NCBI GenBank assembly: GCA_965214405.1
Contig: OZ243956.1
Coordinates: 736,001-800,000, forward strand
DNA length: 64,000 nt
Source of the DNA: Trueperaceae bacterium
Lineage (GTDB): Bacteria; Deinococcota; Deinococci; Deinococcales; Trueperaceae
Direction of reading: 5' to 3'
Of this stretch, positions 51,816-62,164 are shown piece by piece. The notes beneath the pieces were generated by a model. The model did not search any database, had not been told where the DNA came from, and worked only from the letters and a program-made list of their open reading frames with translations. How positions within the stretch are numbered: position 1 is the first letter of the stretch; the number at the start of each line of letters is the position of its first letter. A program made the position numbers and the translations under genes.

Positions 51816-52867
51816 AGCGCACCGTGACGGAGGAAGTGACAAAAGAAAAAGAGCGCAAAGAGCGTGGCGCGCCGCGTCACAGGTTCGGGGTGAACCGGGC
51901 TCGAGCCGTCACCCTCCTCACGCTTCTTTTGTTGGGCCTCGCGCCGCTCGTGGCTCAAGCCTTGGACTTAAATTATCTCGTCCCCGTCCTCACCCGCGTC
52001 GTCATCTCCGGTTTGGTCGCGCTCAGCCTCAACTTCATCCTCGGCTACGGCGGGCTCGTCTCGTTCGGGCACGCCGCGTTTTTGGGGCTGGGCGCGTACA
52101 CGTTTGCTATTCTGTCGCAGCACGCTTTTTACGAGGAGGCGTTTTTGGGCCTGAGCGCTGGCCCCTGGATGAACAATGCGCTCGTCGTGTGGCCCCTGGC
52201 GATGCTCGTCTCGGCGTTGTTCGCCTTTGTCATCGGCCTCGTATCGTTGCGCACTCGGGGCGTGTACTTCATCATGATTACCCTGGCGTTCGCGCAGATG
52301 CTCTACTTTTTCTTCGTGTCGCTCGAGCCCTACGGCGGCGACGACGGGCTGTCGCTGTGGTGGGGGCCGAACACGCTCGGCCCCTTTGACTTAAGCGACC
52401 GCCTGACGATGTTTTACGCGGCTTACCTTTTGCTCGTCCTCTGCTTGTTCCTGTTCTGGCGCTTCGTCCACGCCCGCTTCGGGCGGACCCTGCGCGGTCT
52501 CAAGAGCAACGAAGGGAGGATGCGCGCGCTCGGCTTTGAACCTCTCCCCTACCGGCTCGCCGCCTTTTGCGTTTCCGGCGCGGTGGCGGGGCTCGCGGGC
52601 GCGTTGCTCGGCAACCAAACCGAGTTCGTCTCGCCCGCCCTGCTCCACTGGCCCCGGTCGGGCGAGCTGCTGGTGATGGTCATCTTGGGCGGCGTGGGTA
52701 GCCTCATCGGGCCGGTGCTCGGCGCGGCGGCGTTTTTGGGGCTCGAGGAAGTCCTCGTCTCGTTCACCCCGCACTGGCAACTCTTTTTCGGCCCGCTGCT
52801 CGTGCTGATTGTGCTGTTCGCGCGGCGCGGTTTGGGCGGGCTGCTGATGGGGGACGAGGTTGACTGA
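51812..52867 (+). CDS. LivM-type ABC permease
   Basis: GYGGLVSFGHAAF, YFIMITLAFAQ. Confidence 0.92.
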   Translation: MKRTVTEEVTKEKERKERGAPRHRFGVNRARAVTLLTLLLLGLAPLVAQALDLNYLVPVLTRVVISGLVALSLNFILGYGGLVSFGHAAFLGLGAYTFAILSQHAFYEEAFLGLSAGPWMNNALVVWPLAMLVSALFAFVIGLVSLRTRGVYFIMITLAFAQMLYFFFVSLEPYGGDDGLSLWWGPNTLGPFDLSDRLTMFYAAYLLLVLCLFLFWRFVHARFGRTLRGLKSNEGRMRALGFEPLPYRLAAFCVSGAVAGLAGALLGNQTEFVSPALLHWPRSGELLVMVILGGVGSLIGPVLGAAAFLGLEEVLVSFTPHWQLFFGPLLVLIVLFARRGLGGLLMGDEVD

Positions 52868-53621
52868 AACGTTGACTAAGGGGGCGCTGTTGCAAGTTGA
52901 GGGCTTGCGCAAGTCCTTTGGGGCGCTGCTGGTCTCAAACAATATAAACCTCGACCTCCGTCCGGGCGAAATCCACGCGCTCATCGGTCCCAACGGGGCG
53001 GGCAAGACGACCCTGCTGGCGCAACTCAGCGGGCAGCTAAGACCCGACGCAGGCCGCATCCTTTTGGAGGGGCGCGACGTCACCCGCTTGTCCACACCCA
53101 AACGCGCCCGTCTGGGCGTCGCCCGCTCGTTTCAGATTACGGCGGTGCTGCCGGAGTTTAGTGTCTTAGAGAATGTCGCCCTGGCGGTGCAGGCGCGGGC
53201 CAAACATCACTTTCACTTCTGGCGGGACGCGCGGCGGGATGCAGGATTAACGGATGAAGCACACGACTTGCTCGAGCGCGTCGGCTTGGCCGCCGAGGCT
53301 CATACCCGCGCCGCAAACGTGTCGCACGGGCAAAGGCGGCAGCTCGAGCTGGCGATGGCGATGGCGACGCGTCCCAAAGTTTTATTGTTGGACGAGCCGA
53401 TGGCGGGCATGGGGCCGAGTGAAACGGAGACCATGACCCAGCTTGTCAAGGCCGTCAAACACGACTACGCCACCCTGCTCGTCGAACACGACATGGACGT
53501 CGTTTTCAGCCTCGCCGACCGCGTGTCGGTGCTCGTCTACGGCGAGCTCATCGCCACGGGAAGCCCCGCCGAGGTTCGCGCCGACGGTAACGTGCAGCGG
53601 GCGTACTTGAATGAGGCGTGA
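52860..53621 (+). CDS. LivG-type ABC ATPase
   Basis: GPNGAGKTT, RSFQ, LLDEP, VEHDM. Confidence 0.93.
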   Translation: MTETLTKGALLQVEGLRKSFGALLVSNNINLDLRPGEIHALIGPNGAGKTTLLAQLSGQLRPDAGRILLEGRDVTRLSTPKRARLGVARSFQITAVLPEFSVLENVALAVQARAKHHFHFWRDARRDAGLTDEAHDLLERVGLAAEAHTRAANVSHGQRRQLELAMAMATRPKVLLLDEPMAGMGPSETETMTQLVKAVKHDYATLLVEHDMDVVFSLADRVSVLVYGELIATGSPAEVRADGNVQRAYLNEA

Positions 53622-54324
53622 GGTGCTGAGCGTCCAGGGCATCGACACCGCCTACGGCGCGTCGCAAGTCTTGTTCGGCGTGAGTTTGGAGGTGGACGAG
53701 GGCGAGGTGGTGGGCCTCTTAGGGCGCAACGGCATGGGCAAGACGACGACGGTGCGCTCCATCATGGGCTTAACGCCGCCCAAAGGGGGTGAAATCAGCT
53801 TTGAAGGGCGACTTATTAGCACGCAGCCTCCTTACCGGGTGGCGCAGCGCGGCGTCGGGTTAGTGCCCGAGGGGCGGCACATTTTCCCCAACTTGAGCGC
53901 CGAAGAGAACCTTGTGGCAACGGCCCGCAACGCATTTAACCGGCCCGACCCCTGGACCTTAGGGCGCGTTTACGACCTCTTTCCGCGCTTAGCCGAGCGG
54001 CGGCGGCACCTGGGCAACCAACTTTCGGGCGGCGAACAGCAGATGCTGGCGATTGGCCGGGCGCTCCTCACCAACCCCAAACTGCTCGTCTTGGACGAGG
54101 CCACCGAAGGGCTCGCGCCGGGGCTGCGTGGCGACATCTGGCGCAGCGTGAGGCAACTCAAGGCGGAAGGTCAGGCCATCCTCATCATCGACAGCAATTT
54201 ATCCGAGATGCTGAGCGTCACCGACCGCAGCTATATTTTGGAAAAGGGGCGCGTGGTGTGGGGGGGTCCCAGCCCCGAACTCGCCGCGCAGCCCGAGGTG
54301 AAGCGGCGGTATTTGGGCATCTAA
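53611..54324 (+). CDS. LivF-type ABC ATPase
   Basis: GRNGMGKTT, VPEGR, LSGGEQQML. Confidence 0.93.
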   Translation: MRREVLSVQGIDTAYGASQVLFGVSLEVDEGEVVGLLGRNGMGKTTTVRSIMGLTPPKGGEISFEGRLISTQPPYRVAQRGVGLVPEGRHIFPNLSAEENLVATARNAFNRPDPWTLGRVYDLFPRLAERRRHLGNQLSGGEQQMLAIGRALLTNPKLLVLDEATEGLAPGLRGDIWRSVRQLKAEGQAILIIDSNLSEMLSVTDRSYILEKGRVVWGGPSPELAAQPEVKRRYLGI

Positions 54325-54347
54325 ATGAGCAGCTAAAAAGGAGTAGC

Positions 54348-55097
54348 GTGAGCGAACACAAGCGAGTCGCCATCGTCACCGGGGCCGCGCGGGGCATCGG
54401 CTTAGCCATTGCTAGGGCGCTCTTAAAAGACAGTTTGACAGTTGTCAGCATCGACATCAACCGTGAAGTTTTGGAAGAAACGGCGGAGACGTTGCAGGGA
54501 GAAAGTCTGGACTTCGTCGCCCAGGTGGCGGACGTGTCCCGCGCGGACGAGGTGACGCGCGTGTTTGCAGAAATCGACCACAGCACGGGCGGGCCGGACG
54601 TGCTGGTCAACAACGCGGGCACCTGCTTGATGGACGATTTTATAGACATAAGCCCCGAGGCGTTTCGTCGGCAGATGGCTGTCAACTTTGACTCCGCCTT
54701 TTACTGTTGCCAAAAGGCGATTCCGCGCATGTTGAGGCGGCCCGGCATCAAAAAGATTGTCAACATCTCCTCAAACGGGGCCTACAACTTCGACGTATTC
54801 GACCCCGCGCACTACCGCGCTTCCAAGGCGGCGCTCGACAATCTCACCAAACATCTGGCGCGGCGCTACGCGAGCGAGGGGATCGCGGTCAATTCCGTCG
54901 CGCCCGCCATGACCCGCACCGATTTGTTCGATGTGGTGAGCCCGGACGAACTCGCCCAAGCGCTCGCGGGGATGCCGCGCGGCGAGCCGATGCAGCCCGA
55001 AGAGATTGCGGCGTGGGTGGCGTTTCTCGTGTCGAGCGCGGGGGACTGCTCGAGCGGCAACGTCATCATCCTCAACCAAGGGCGGGATGTGCGGTAG
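54348..55097 (+). CDS. SDR oxidoreductase
   Basis: TGAARGIG, NNAG, YRASK; GTG after AAGGAG. Confidence 0.9.
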   Translation: MSEHKRVAIVTGAARGIGLAIARALLKDSLTVVSIDINREVLEETAETLQGESLDFVAQVADVSRADEVTRVFAEIDHSTGGPDVLVNNAGTCLMDDFIDISPEAFRRQMAVNFDSAFYCCQKAIPRMLRRPGIKKIVNISSNGAYNFDVFDPAHYRASKAALDNLTKHLARRYASEGIAVNSVAPAMTRTDLFDVVSPDELAQALAGMPRGEPMQPEEIAAWVAFLVSSAGDCSSGNVIILNQGRDVR

Positions 55098-55127
55098 GCC
55101 CCACAAAGTGAGGTTGGGTCAATCTTC

Positions 55128-55550
55128 TTAAAATGTGAAGGCGTCGAGGAAGGCTCGAGGCTGGATGATGGCAATGTCCCGAAAAGGGTGCAGCACGAGC
55201 AAATCTTTGTCGCCCGTGACAATAACGTGGGCATGGCCGTTGACGGCTACCTCGAGGAATTTATTATCATTGGGGTCGCGGCAAGCCGTGACGGTTTCAC
55301 GAATCTCTACCTCGTAACTAACTGTCTCGATAGAATCAACGAAATCTTTTCGCTTTGCGTCCGAAAGGTACTTGTCGAACTTGTCGCGGTATAAAACCTC
55401 TAAAAATTCTGCCAGTGTTGAGGTAGAAACAACGAGTAATCCCTCAGATATCGCTTTGTCTAAAACTCGACCGGGTGTTCCGTTTGGAAATAAAGCAGCA
55501 CTCACCAACGTGTTTGTGTCCAGCACAAACCGCGGTGGGGCGTCACTCAC
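55128..55550 (-). CDS. PIN-domain toxin
   Basis: VLDTNTLVSA, CRDPNDNKFLE, IVTGDKDLL. Confidence 0.92.
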   Translation of the reverse strand: MSDAPPRFVLDTNTLVSAALFPNGTPGRVLDKAISEGLLVVSTSTLAEFLEVLYRDKFDKYLSDAKRKDFVDSIETVSYEVEIRETVTACRDPNDNKFLEVAVNGHAHVIVTGDKDLLVLHPFRDIAIIQPRAFLDAFTF

Positions 55551-55809
55551 TTAGAATCTCAGCCAGCTTTTCCTCGGTCAAGCCGTTACGCTGCGCTTCT
55601 TCGGCCAAGGCGTCCCTTGCGGCGAAAAATTTCTTGATTTGCTCTTTCCGAACGCTCGAAAACATATCAAACTGTTCCGGCGACAAAACCACCGCCACGT
55701 CTTCACCGTCCTGTTGGAGGGTAACGGGTTCTTTACCCTTACCAAGCAAGCCAAGCAAGTTATCAATCATTCTTTTTTGCTTTTCGTCCTTGGCGCTTAC
55801 GTAACGCAT
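55543..55809 (-). CDS. Phd/YefM-like antitoxin
   Basis: EPVTLQQDGEDVAVVLSPEQF; overlaps the PIN start; AAGGAG RBS. Confidence 0.8.
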   Translation of the reverse strand: MRYVSAKDEKQKRMIDNLLGLLGKGKEPVTLQQDGEDVAVVLSPEQFDMFSSVRKEQIKKFFAARDALAEEAQRNGLTEEKLAEILSE

Positions 55810-55902
55810 AGAGTCTCCTTGAGAACAATTATAGCCGCTACCCAAAGGTTCGCGTCATGTTGCGCTCGTCAGCCGCGTGACCGCAAATTGACTAGACCGC
55901 CG

Positions 55903-57024
55903 CTACAACGTTTCGTCGCTCGAGCCCACCCCCAAACCCTCCAGCAACCGCGCCACGTCCTCCAGGGTGTTGTAAAAATGCGGTGAGACGCGCACGTTGC
56001 CGTCACGGCTCGAGACGATCACACCCCTCTCGGCAAGTTTCGCCACCTGCGCTTCGGCGTCCCGCACCTTGATAGCCACCATCGCGCCGTGGTCGTCGGG
56101 CGTCGCCACGCAAAAGCCCCTTTCTCGAGCGCCTTTTTTCAGCGCGTCTGTCAGCTCGCGCAAATGCGCCGCAATAGCCTCCGTGCCCACCGACCGAACA
56201 AGCTCGAGGCCCGCCAGCCCCGCGTAAAGGTTCGGGTTGGGCGGCGTGCCCGACTCGAAGCGGCGCGCGCTGCCTGATGGGTCGTGCGTGTAAATATCGA
56301 GCGCCATGACGTCGGCTTGGGCGAACCAGCCGGTGGCGGTGGGCTCGAGCTTTTCAAGCAAATCCTCCCGCACGTACATAAAGGCGAGCCCGGACGAGCC
56401 GAGCAAATACTTGAGCGCCCCGCCGACCATCACGTCAACGCCTAGCGCCTTGACGTCAATCGGCATCGTGCCGAGCGACTGATACGCGTCTAGGAGCGAG
56501 AGCGCGCCGCGCTCGTGGGCGAGGTTGGACACGGCCTTGGCGTCTTGCCGTGCGCCGTTACGGTAGCAGACGTGGGCGAAGGAGACCAAGGCGGTCTGTT
56601 CGTCAACGCGCGAGGCGTAGTGCTCGAGCGGAATCCCCCCATCTTCTTCAGGCACGTGAACAACCCTCGCGCCGCGCGCCGCCTGCGCGTGCCAAATCTG
56701 CGCCACGGTCGGAAACTCGAAATCGCTCACTACCACCCGGTTTCGCTCGCCGCTGAAGTCGAGCGCGCTCGCCAGGGCGCTCACCGCCGCCGACACGGAG
56801 GTGGTGACGGCGATTTCGTCGGGCTTGGCGTTGATGAATTCGGCAAAGGCGGCGCGCGCCTCCTCGAGCTTGCCCACCCACAGCTCCCAAGGCGAGCCCA
56901 GCGTCTCCCAATCTTGCAAATACTCTTCGTAAGCCGCTTTAACCTCGAGCGACAGCGCCCCCTTAGAGCAACTGTTGAGATAGGCTTTGGTTTCAAAGAT
57001 GGGGAAGTGGTCTCTCAGCATCAT
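55903..57024 (-). CDS. Class V PLP enzyme, kynureninase-like
   Basis: YLNSCSKG, DAYQSLG, GGALKYLLG, RFESGTP, RVSPHFYN. Confidence 0.85.
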   Translation of the reverse strand: MMLRDHFPIFETKAYLNSCSKGALSLEVKAAYEEYLQDWETLGSPWELWVGKLEEARAAFAEFINAKPDEIAVTTSVSAAVSALASALDFSGERNRVVVSDFEFPTVAQIWHAQAARGARVVHVPEEDGGIPLEHYASRVDEQTALVSFAHVCYRNGARQDAKAVSNLAHERGALSLLDAYQSLGTMPIDVKALGVDVMVGGALKYLLGSSGLAFMYVREDLLEKLEPTATGWFAQADVMALDIYTHDPSGSARRFESGTPPNPNLYAGLAGLELVRSVGTEAIAAHLRELTDALKKGARERGFCVATPDDHGAMVAIKVRDAEAQVAKLAERGVIVSSRDGNVRVSPHFYNTLEDVARLLEGLGVGSSDETL

Positions 57025-57746
57025 TACCTTCCTAAATAGGCTTTGCGCAAGTTCTCGTTCTGCCGCAAGTTCGCCGCTGTATCCGCCAGTGCCACGCGCC
57101 CGGTCTGGAGCACGTAACCGCGGTCGGCGATGGACAGCGCCATGTTGGCGTTCTGCTCGACCATAAATACGGTGACGCCCGCTTCGTTCACTTGTTTGAT
57201 AAGCTCAAAGTTTTTCTCGACCAGCGCGGGCGCTAAGCCCATCGAGGGTTCGTCCATCAGCAAGAGTTTGGGGCGGCTCATGAGCGCCCTCGCCATCGCC
57301 AGCATCTGCTGCTCCCCACCCGAAAGCGTGCCCCCCTGCTGCGCGAGCCGTTCGCGGATGCGCGGGAAAAGCGTAAGCATCCGTTCTAAGTCCTCCTCCA
57401 CCCCATCTTTGTCGTTGCGCAAGTACGCCCCCATGAGCAGGTTTTCCCTCACGCTCATGTCGCCGAAGATGCGCCGGTTCTCGGGCACCACCGCGATACC
57501 GTGGCCCACGCGGTAGCTCGTCGGTTTGTCGTTGACCACCTCGCCGTCAAAGGTGACAGTGCCGCTACTAGCGCGCACGACGCCGAGCGCGGTCTTGAGC
57601 GTCGTGGACTTGCCCGAGGCGTTGCCGCCCAACAGGCAGACGAGTTCGCCGGGGTAAATCTCGAGGTTCACGTCTTGCAGGATGTGGATGGGGCCGTAGT
57701 AGGTGTTGACGTTGCTGAAGCGGAGGAGCGGTTCGGATTTCGTCAT
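57024..57746 (-). CDS. LivF-type ABC ATPase
   Basis: GGNASGKST, LSGGEQQML, MDEPSMGL. Confidence 0.93.
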   Translation of the reverse strand: MTKSEPLLRFSNVNTYYGPIHILQDVNLEIYPGELVCLLGGNASGKSTTLKTALGVVRASSGTVTFDGEVVNDKPTSYRVGHGIAVVPENRRIFGDMSVRENLLMGAYLRNDKDGVEEDLERMLTLFPRIRERLAQQGGTLSGGEQQMLAMARALMSRPKLLLMDEPSMGLAPALVEKNFELIKQVNEAGVTVFMVEQNANMALSIADRGYVLQTGRVALADTAANLRQNENLRKAYLGR

Positions 57747-58897
57747 AGGCGTGAGGTTGTTGACGCGTACGTGTCGAGCAGGGCGGCCAAGCGCGCTAGT
57801 CCCAGCTCGAGCCCAACCGTCTCCCCACCCCCCACCCCGAGCCGGATGTGTTGCGGAAGACCGTACGCGCTGCCGGGAATCAAAAAGGTGCGGTAGGGCG
57901 GGCGCAACAGCTCACGCGCCAGCGTCTCGCCGTCTACGGGAGTATGCAAGCGGCACAGACCGATAAGCCCCGCGGCGGGACGTTGCCAGGAGAGGTCGGC
58001 TCGAGCCTCAACAAACGCGTCCAACGTTTCCAGATTCTTACGCCCTTCCGTGCGCGCTTTCTCCAACGCTTCAGCGTACCGTTCCGGGCGCAGCGCCACC
58101 TCCGCAATCGCCTCGCCCAAAACGTTCCTAATCTCGCTGCTGTTCTCGCGCAAAATCACCGCGTCTTTGACAACTTTTTGGTCACGGCAAATGAGCCAGC
58201 CTGTGCGCAAACCTTGCAAGCCGAGCGCCTTGGACACGCTCCCGGTGGAGATGCCACGTTTGTAAAGCCCGGCGACACTCGGAACGCGCCCGCCCGTCCA
58301 CTCGAGCCCCGCGTAGACCTCGTCGCAGAGCACATACGCGCCGACGCGCTCGGCTAGGTGGATGACCTCGAGCAGTTCATCCTCGCGCATGACCTGCCCG
58401 GTCGGGTTGTTCGGGTTGCACAAGAAGATTAAGCGGGTGCGCTCGGTGATGAGGTCCTCGAGTTCCCTCATATCAAATCGCCAGCCGCGCGCCTCATCGC
58501 GGGGCAAAAGCTTGATGTCCGCGCCTATCGCTTTGCCCAGCACCGCCGCTTGGGGCCAGCCGGGGGTCTCGAGGATGAACTCGTCGCCCGGTTGCACAAG
58601 TTGCGTCAGAGCCAAGAAGTTAGCCTCAGCAGTTCCGGCAGTAATCAGAACATCGTCCACCATGCAACTTCCCGTAAGATTCGACCGCGCCAGCACGTTC
58701 TCCCGCAGCGCGTTCATTCCCTGAAACGACTCGTTCGACCAGTCCAAAGACATCTCCGGGTCGAGGTACAGTAAAAAGTCACCCAATTTAGGCGGCGTCG
58801 CCAAAGAAAAGCCCAGCACCGCTTCCGGTTTGGTCGAGGGTTTGGTTGAAGCGGTCTCGAGCAAAAACTCAAAGAGCGTGTGCATCTCGACCTTCAT
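57743..58897 (-). CDS. Class I/II PLP aminotransferase
   Basis: NPNNPTG, DEVY, SVSKALGLQGLRTGW. Confidence 0.9.
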   Translation of the reverse strand: MKVEMHTLFEFLLETASTKPSTKPEAVLGFSLATPPKLGDFLLYLDPEMSLDWSNESFQGMNALRENVLARSNLTGSCMVDDVLITAGTAEANFLALTQLVQPGDEFILETPGWPQAAVLGKAIGADIKLLPRDEARGWRFDMRELEDLITERTRLIFLCNPNNPTGQVMREDELLEVIHLAERVGAYVLCDEVYAGLEWTGGRVPSVAGLYKRGISTGSVSKALGLQGLRTGWLICRDQKVVKDAVILRENSSEIRNVLGEAIAEVALRPERYAEALEKARTEGRKNLETLDAFVEARADLSWQRPAAGLIGLCRLHTPVDGETLARELLRPPYRTFLIPGSAYGLPQHIRLGVGGGETVGLELGLARLAALLDTYASTTSRL

Positions 58898-59673
58898 CCC
58901 AGCTCCTTGTGACGACGCCCTAAGTACGCCTCAATCACGTTCTCGTCGTTGGTAACTTCTTCATAGCTGCCTTCTGCGATTTTGACGCCGTGGTCCAAAA
59001 CGACAACCCGGTCAGAAATCTTGCCGACCACGTTCATGTCGTGTTCGATGAGCAAGACCGTGTAACCGCCCTCGTCGCGCAATTTGCCAATAAGTTCAGT
59101 AATTTCGGCGGACTCGTTGGGGTTCATCCCGGCGGCGGGCTCGTCTAAGAGGAGAAAGTTCGCGCCCGTGGTCATCGCCCGCGCGATTTCCAACCTGCGC
59201 CGGTTCGCGTAGGACAGACTGTAAGCGGGTTGGTCGAAGCGGTAGCCCTGCAAGCGGCTCCCGAAAAAGGCCAAGTTTTTCTCGGCTCGCGCCCTAATCG
59301 CGTTTTCCTCTTCACGCCAGCCCGGTAAGCGCAGCATCGCCGACCACATCCCCGCGCGCGTGTGGCAGTAGGCCCCGGTCATGACGTTCTCGAGCACGCT
59401 CATGTTGAGGTAAACCCGCAGACTCTGAAAGGTTCGCGCCAATCCCAAGGCGGTGATGTCGTGCGGTCTCATCCCGACGATGGAACGGTCCTTGAAACGG
59501 ATGTCGCCCGTGTCGGGCCGGTAGATGCCGGTGATGAGGTTGATGGCGGTTGACTTGCCCGCGCCGTTGGGGCCGATGATGGAGACGATTTCGCCTCCTT
59601 TGACCTCGAGCGACAACTCGCTAATCGCCTTGAGCCCGCCAAAACTCAAGCTCACACCGTCTAAACACAACAT
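58894..59673 (-). CDS. LivG-type ABC ATPase
   Basis: GPNGAGKST, RTFQ, LLDEPAAG, IEHDM. Confidence 0.93.
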   Translation of the reverse strand: MLCLDGVSLSFGGLKAISELSLEVKGGEIVSIIGPNGAGKSTAINLITGIYRPDTGDIRFKDRSIVGMRPHDITALGLARTFQSLRVYLNMSVLENVMTGAYCHTRAGMWSAMLRLPGWREEENAIRARAEKNLAFFGSRLQGYRFDQPAYSLSYANRRRLEIARAMTTGANFLLLDEPAAGMNPNESAEITELIGKLRDEGGYTVLLIEHDMNVVGKISDRVVVLDHGVKIAEGSYEEVTNDENVIEAYLGRRHKELG

Positions 59674-59685
59674 CTAAATCAGCAC

Positions 59686-61224
59686 CTAAACGACCTTCAC
59701 TTCCGCCTTGCCGAGCAAGCCTTGGGGCCGCACAATCATCAGTACCACCAGTGTCACCCCGACGATGAGGATGCGGGTGGCCGAGGGCTCGAGCGCCAGC
59801 CGCGTCTCCCAGGCAAAGGCAAAGGCGTAGAGCGTGAGGCCGAGCAGCGCGTTGAATAGGCGCGGCTTGTGTTTGAACAAAACGGCGGCCAGCAGAACGA
59901 AAATGGCTGCGATAGTGACCACGTTCCCGACGGCTTGATAGTTACTCGGCAGCACCAGCCAACTCTGCACCAGCCGGTTGAGCCACGACCCGGTTTGCAG
60001 CGCGTTCGCGTCTAAACCCGGCCACACAAGCTGGACAAGGAGTTTGAGCAAAAGGCCGCCTACGACAGTCCCGCCGACGACGAGCGCAAAGCGCCGCCAA
60101 GACTTAAGCACCCCCCACACCCCGAGCAAGCCGAGACCATAAAAAAAGAAGCTCGCCAGCGTGATGCTCCGCAAGACCTCGGGCAAGACGGTAAAGATAA
60201 ACGCGCCCAGCACCACGCCGGGCAAGGAGCCGATGCCGCCCAAGACCACCATCGCGTAGAGGTTGATGAGCGTCAGAGCGCTGTAACGCGGCACCGGCAC
60301 CACGTTCGCCAGCCAGGCCGCCTCCACCGACCCGGCCAATGCAGCGATGCCCGCGCCAATGGCGAAAGCCAGCAGCTTGAGCCGCCCCGTGGGCGTGCCC
60401 ATCACCTCGGCGGCGAGTTCGTCCTCGCGGATGGCCCGCCAAGCGCGGCCGATGCGCGAGGCGTTGAGGTTGTGAACCGCCACGTACACGAGGGCCAGAA
60501 GAACCAGGAAAAGATAGTAGTAATGCAGCGTCGAGTCGAAAGTAAAGCCGAACAGCGAAATATCGTCCAGGCGGTTGATGCCGTTGGGGCCGCGCGTCAG
60601 GTCCACCGGGCGCTCGAGCCACGGCAGCTTAACCCGCGTCAGGGTCAGCGCGAGCTGCACGAACACGAGACCGAAGCCCAACGTGACAATCGCCAGGTAA
60701 TCACCCGACAGACGCAGCGACATCGCCCCAATGAGAGCGCCGACGAGCGCCGTCGCCAGGATGATGAGCGGCACGCTGACGAGCGAGGGTAGATGTATCC
60801 CGTTTGAACTAAAAACCGTGACGAAGTCCGACGAAGTGTAGGCGTAAAAGTAGCCCGCCAGCCCGTAAAAGGCGACATAACCCAAGTCGAGCAGCCCGGC
60901 GTAGCCCACCACCACGTTGAGGCCGATCGCCATGATGGCGAAAACGAGAAAACGCGCAAGCGTGCGGACGATGAAGTCGTTGTTGCTCGAGCCTATCAGC
61001 TCCAAAAACCCGCTTGTCCCGGTAAGTAGCGGCGCAACGATGAGCAGCGCGACGACGAGCGCGTAACGCCACCCCAGCGGCACCCGCTCCCAGCGGTCCG
61101 CCGCGCCGCCCCAGAAGCCGGAGCGTCTGCGCTTGCGGCTCTCCGCCTGCGCCACCCATTCGTCGGTGCCAATGCGCGGTTCTGGTTGCGAGTGGTTGTC
61201 CGAGGGAGGAATTTGCTTTGCCAC
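59686..61224 (-). CDS. LivM-type ABC permease (long form)
   Basis: GLNVVVGYAGLLDLGY, GDYLAIVTLGFG, AIREDE, RPQGL. Confidence 0.92.
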   Translation of the reverse strand: MAKQIPPSDNHSQPEPRIGTDEWVAQAESRKRRRSGFWGGAADRWERVPLGWRYALVVALLIVAPLLTGTSGFLELIGSSNNDFIVRTLARFLVFAIMAIGLNVVVGYAGLLDLGYVAFYGLAGYFYAYTSSDFVTVFSSNGIHLPSLVSVPLIILATALVGALIGAMSLRLSGDYLAIVTLGFGLVFVQLALTLTRVKLPWLERPVDLTRGPNGINRLDDISLFGFTFDSTLHYYYLFLVLLALVYVAVHNLNASRIGRAWRAIREDELAAEVMGTPTGRLKLLAFAIGAGIAALAGSVEAAWLANVVPVPRYSALTLINLYAMVVLGGIGSLPGVVLGAFIFTVLPEVLRSITLASFFFYGLGLLGVWGVLKSWRRFALVVGGTVVGGLLLKLLVQLVWPGLDANALQTGSWLNRLVQSWLVLPSNYQAVGNVVTIAAIFVLLAAVLFKHKPRLFNALLGLTLYAFAFAWETRLALEPSATRILIVGVTLVVLMIVRPQGLLGKAEVKVV

Positions 61225-61226
61225 AA

Positions 61227-62156
61227 TTAGACTTTCTGCACCAGCGGCTTACCCAGCAGCCCGCTCGGCTTGATGAGCAAGATAATCACAAGGATGACGA
61301 AAGCCGCCGCGTCCGTAAAGGTTGGCGACAGATAGACGCTCGTAAACGACTCCGCAAAACCCAAAATGAGCCCGCCCAGCATCGCCCCCGGAATGCTGCC
61401 GATGCCCCCGACCACCGCCGCCGTAAAACCTTTGAGCCCGGCGATAAAGCCCATCGTGTGCCGGATGCTGAAGAAAACGATGCCGACCAGCACTCCCGCC
61501 GCGCCCGCCAACACCGCGCCGATAAAAAAGGTGGCGAGGACGACCCGGTTAACGTCCACACCCATCATCTCGGCGGCGTCTAGGTCGGTGGCAACCGCCC
61601 GCATCGCGCGGCCCAGGCGCGTCTGTTGCACAAAATACGTGAGCGCCAGCATCAGCACCAAGGTGGTGCCGATGACGAGGAGCCTCGAGGCGTGAACCCG
61701 CAGGTCGCCCACGTCCACCCCGGCATTGAGGCCGATCAGCGTGCTGCTGCCGTAACTCAAAGGGCGCGGGCTCACCGTGATTTGCACGAGGTTTTGCAGG
61801 ATAAAAGACACGCCTAGCGCGCTAATGAGGGGCGCGATGCGCGGCGCGTAACGCAGTGGGCGGTAGGCGAACCGCTCCACCGCGATGCTCACCACCCCGG
61901 CCCCGACCATCGCCACGACGAGCATCCCCACGATGACGAGCGCCGCTGGGATGAGTAGCCCCCCGTCGGCGTTGAACATAATAAACACGCCGTAACCCAA
62001 GTAAGCCCCAATCATATAGATGTCGCCGTGGGCGAAGTTGAGCAGTTTCAGAATGCCGTAGACCATCGAATAGCCGAGCGCGATAAGCCCGTAGACGCTG
62101 CCCAGGGTGAGCCCGTTGAGCAGCGTTTGAGGAAGAAGCGCGAGAAACGTGTCCAT
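61227..62156 (-). CDS. LivH-type ABC permease
   Basis: ALGYSMVYGILKLLNFAHG, KGFTAAVVGGIG. Confidence 0.93.
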   Translation of the reverse strand: MDTFLALLPQTLLNGLTLGSVYGLIALGYSMVYGILKLLNFAHGDIYMIGAYLGYGVFIMFNADGGLLIPAALVIVGMLVVAMVGAGVVSIAVERFAYRPLRYAPRIAPLISALGVSFILQNLVQITVSPRPLSYGSSTLIGLNAGVDVGDLRVHASRLLVIGTTLVLMLALTYFVQQTRLGRAMRAVATDLDAAEMMGVDVNRVVLATFFIGAVLAGAAGVLVGIVFFSIRHTMGFIAGLKGFTAAVVGGIGSIPGAMLGGLILGFAESFTSVYLSPTFTDAAAFVILVIILLIKPSGLLGKPLVQKV

Positions 62157-62164
62157 ACGTCAGT

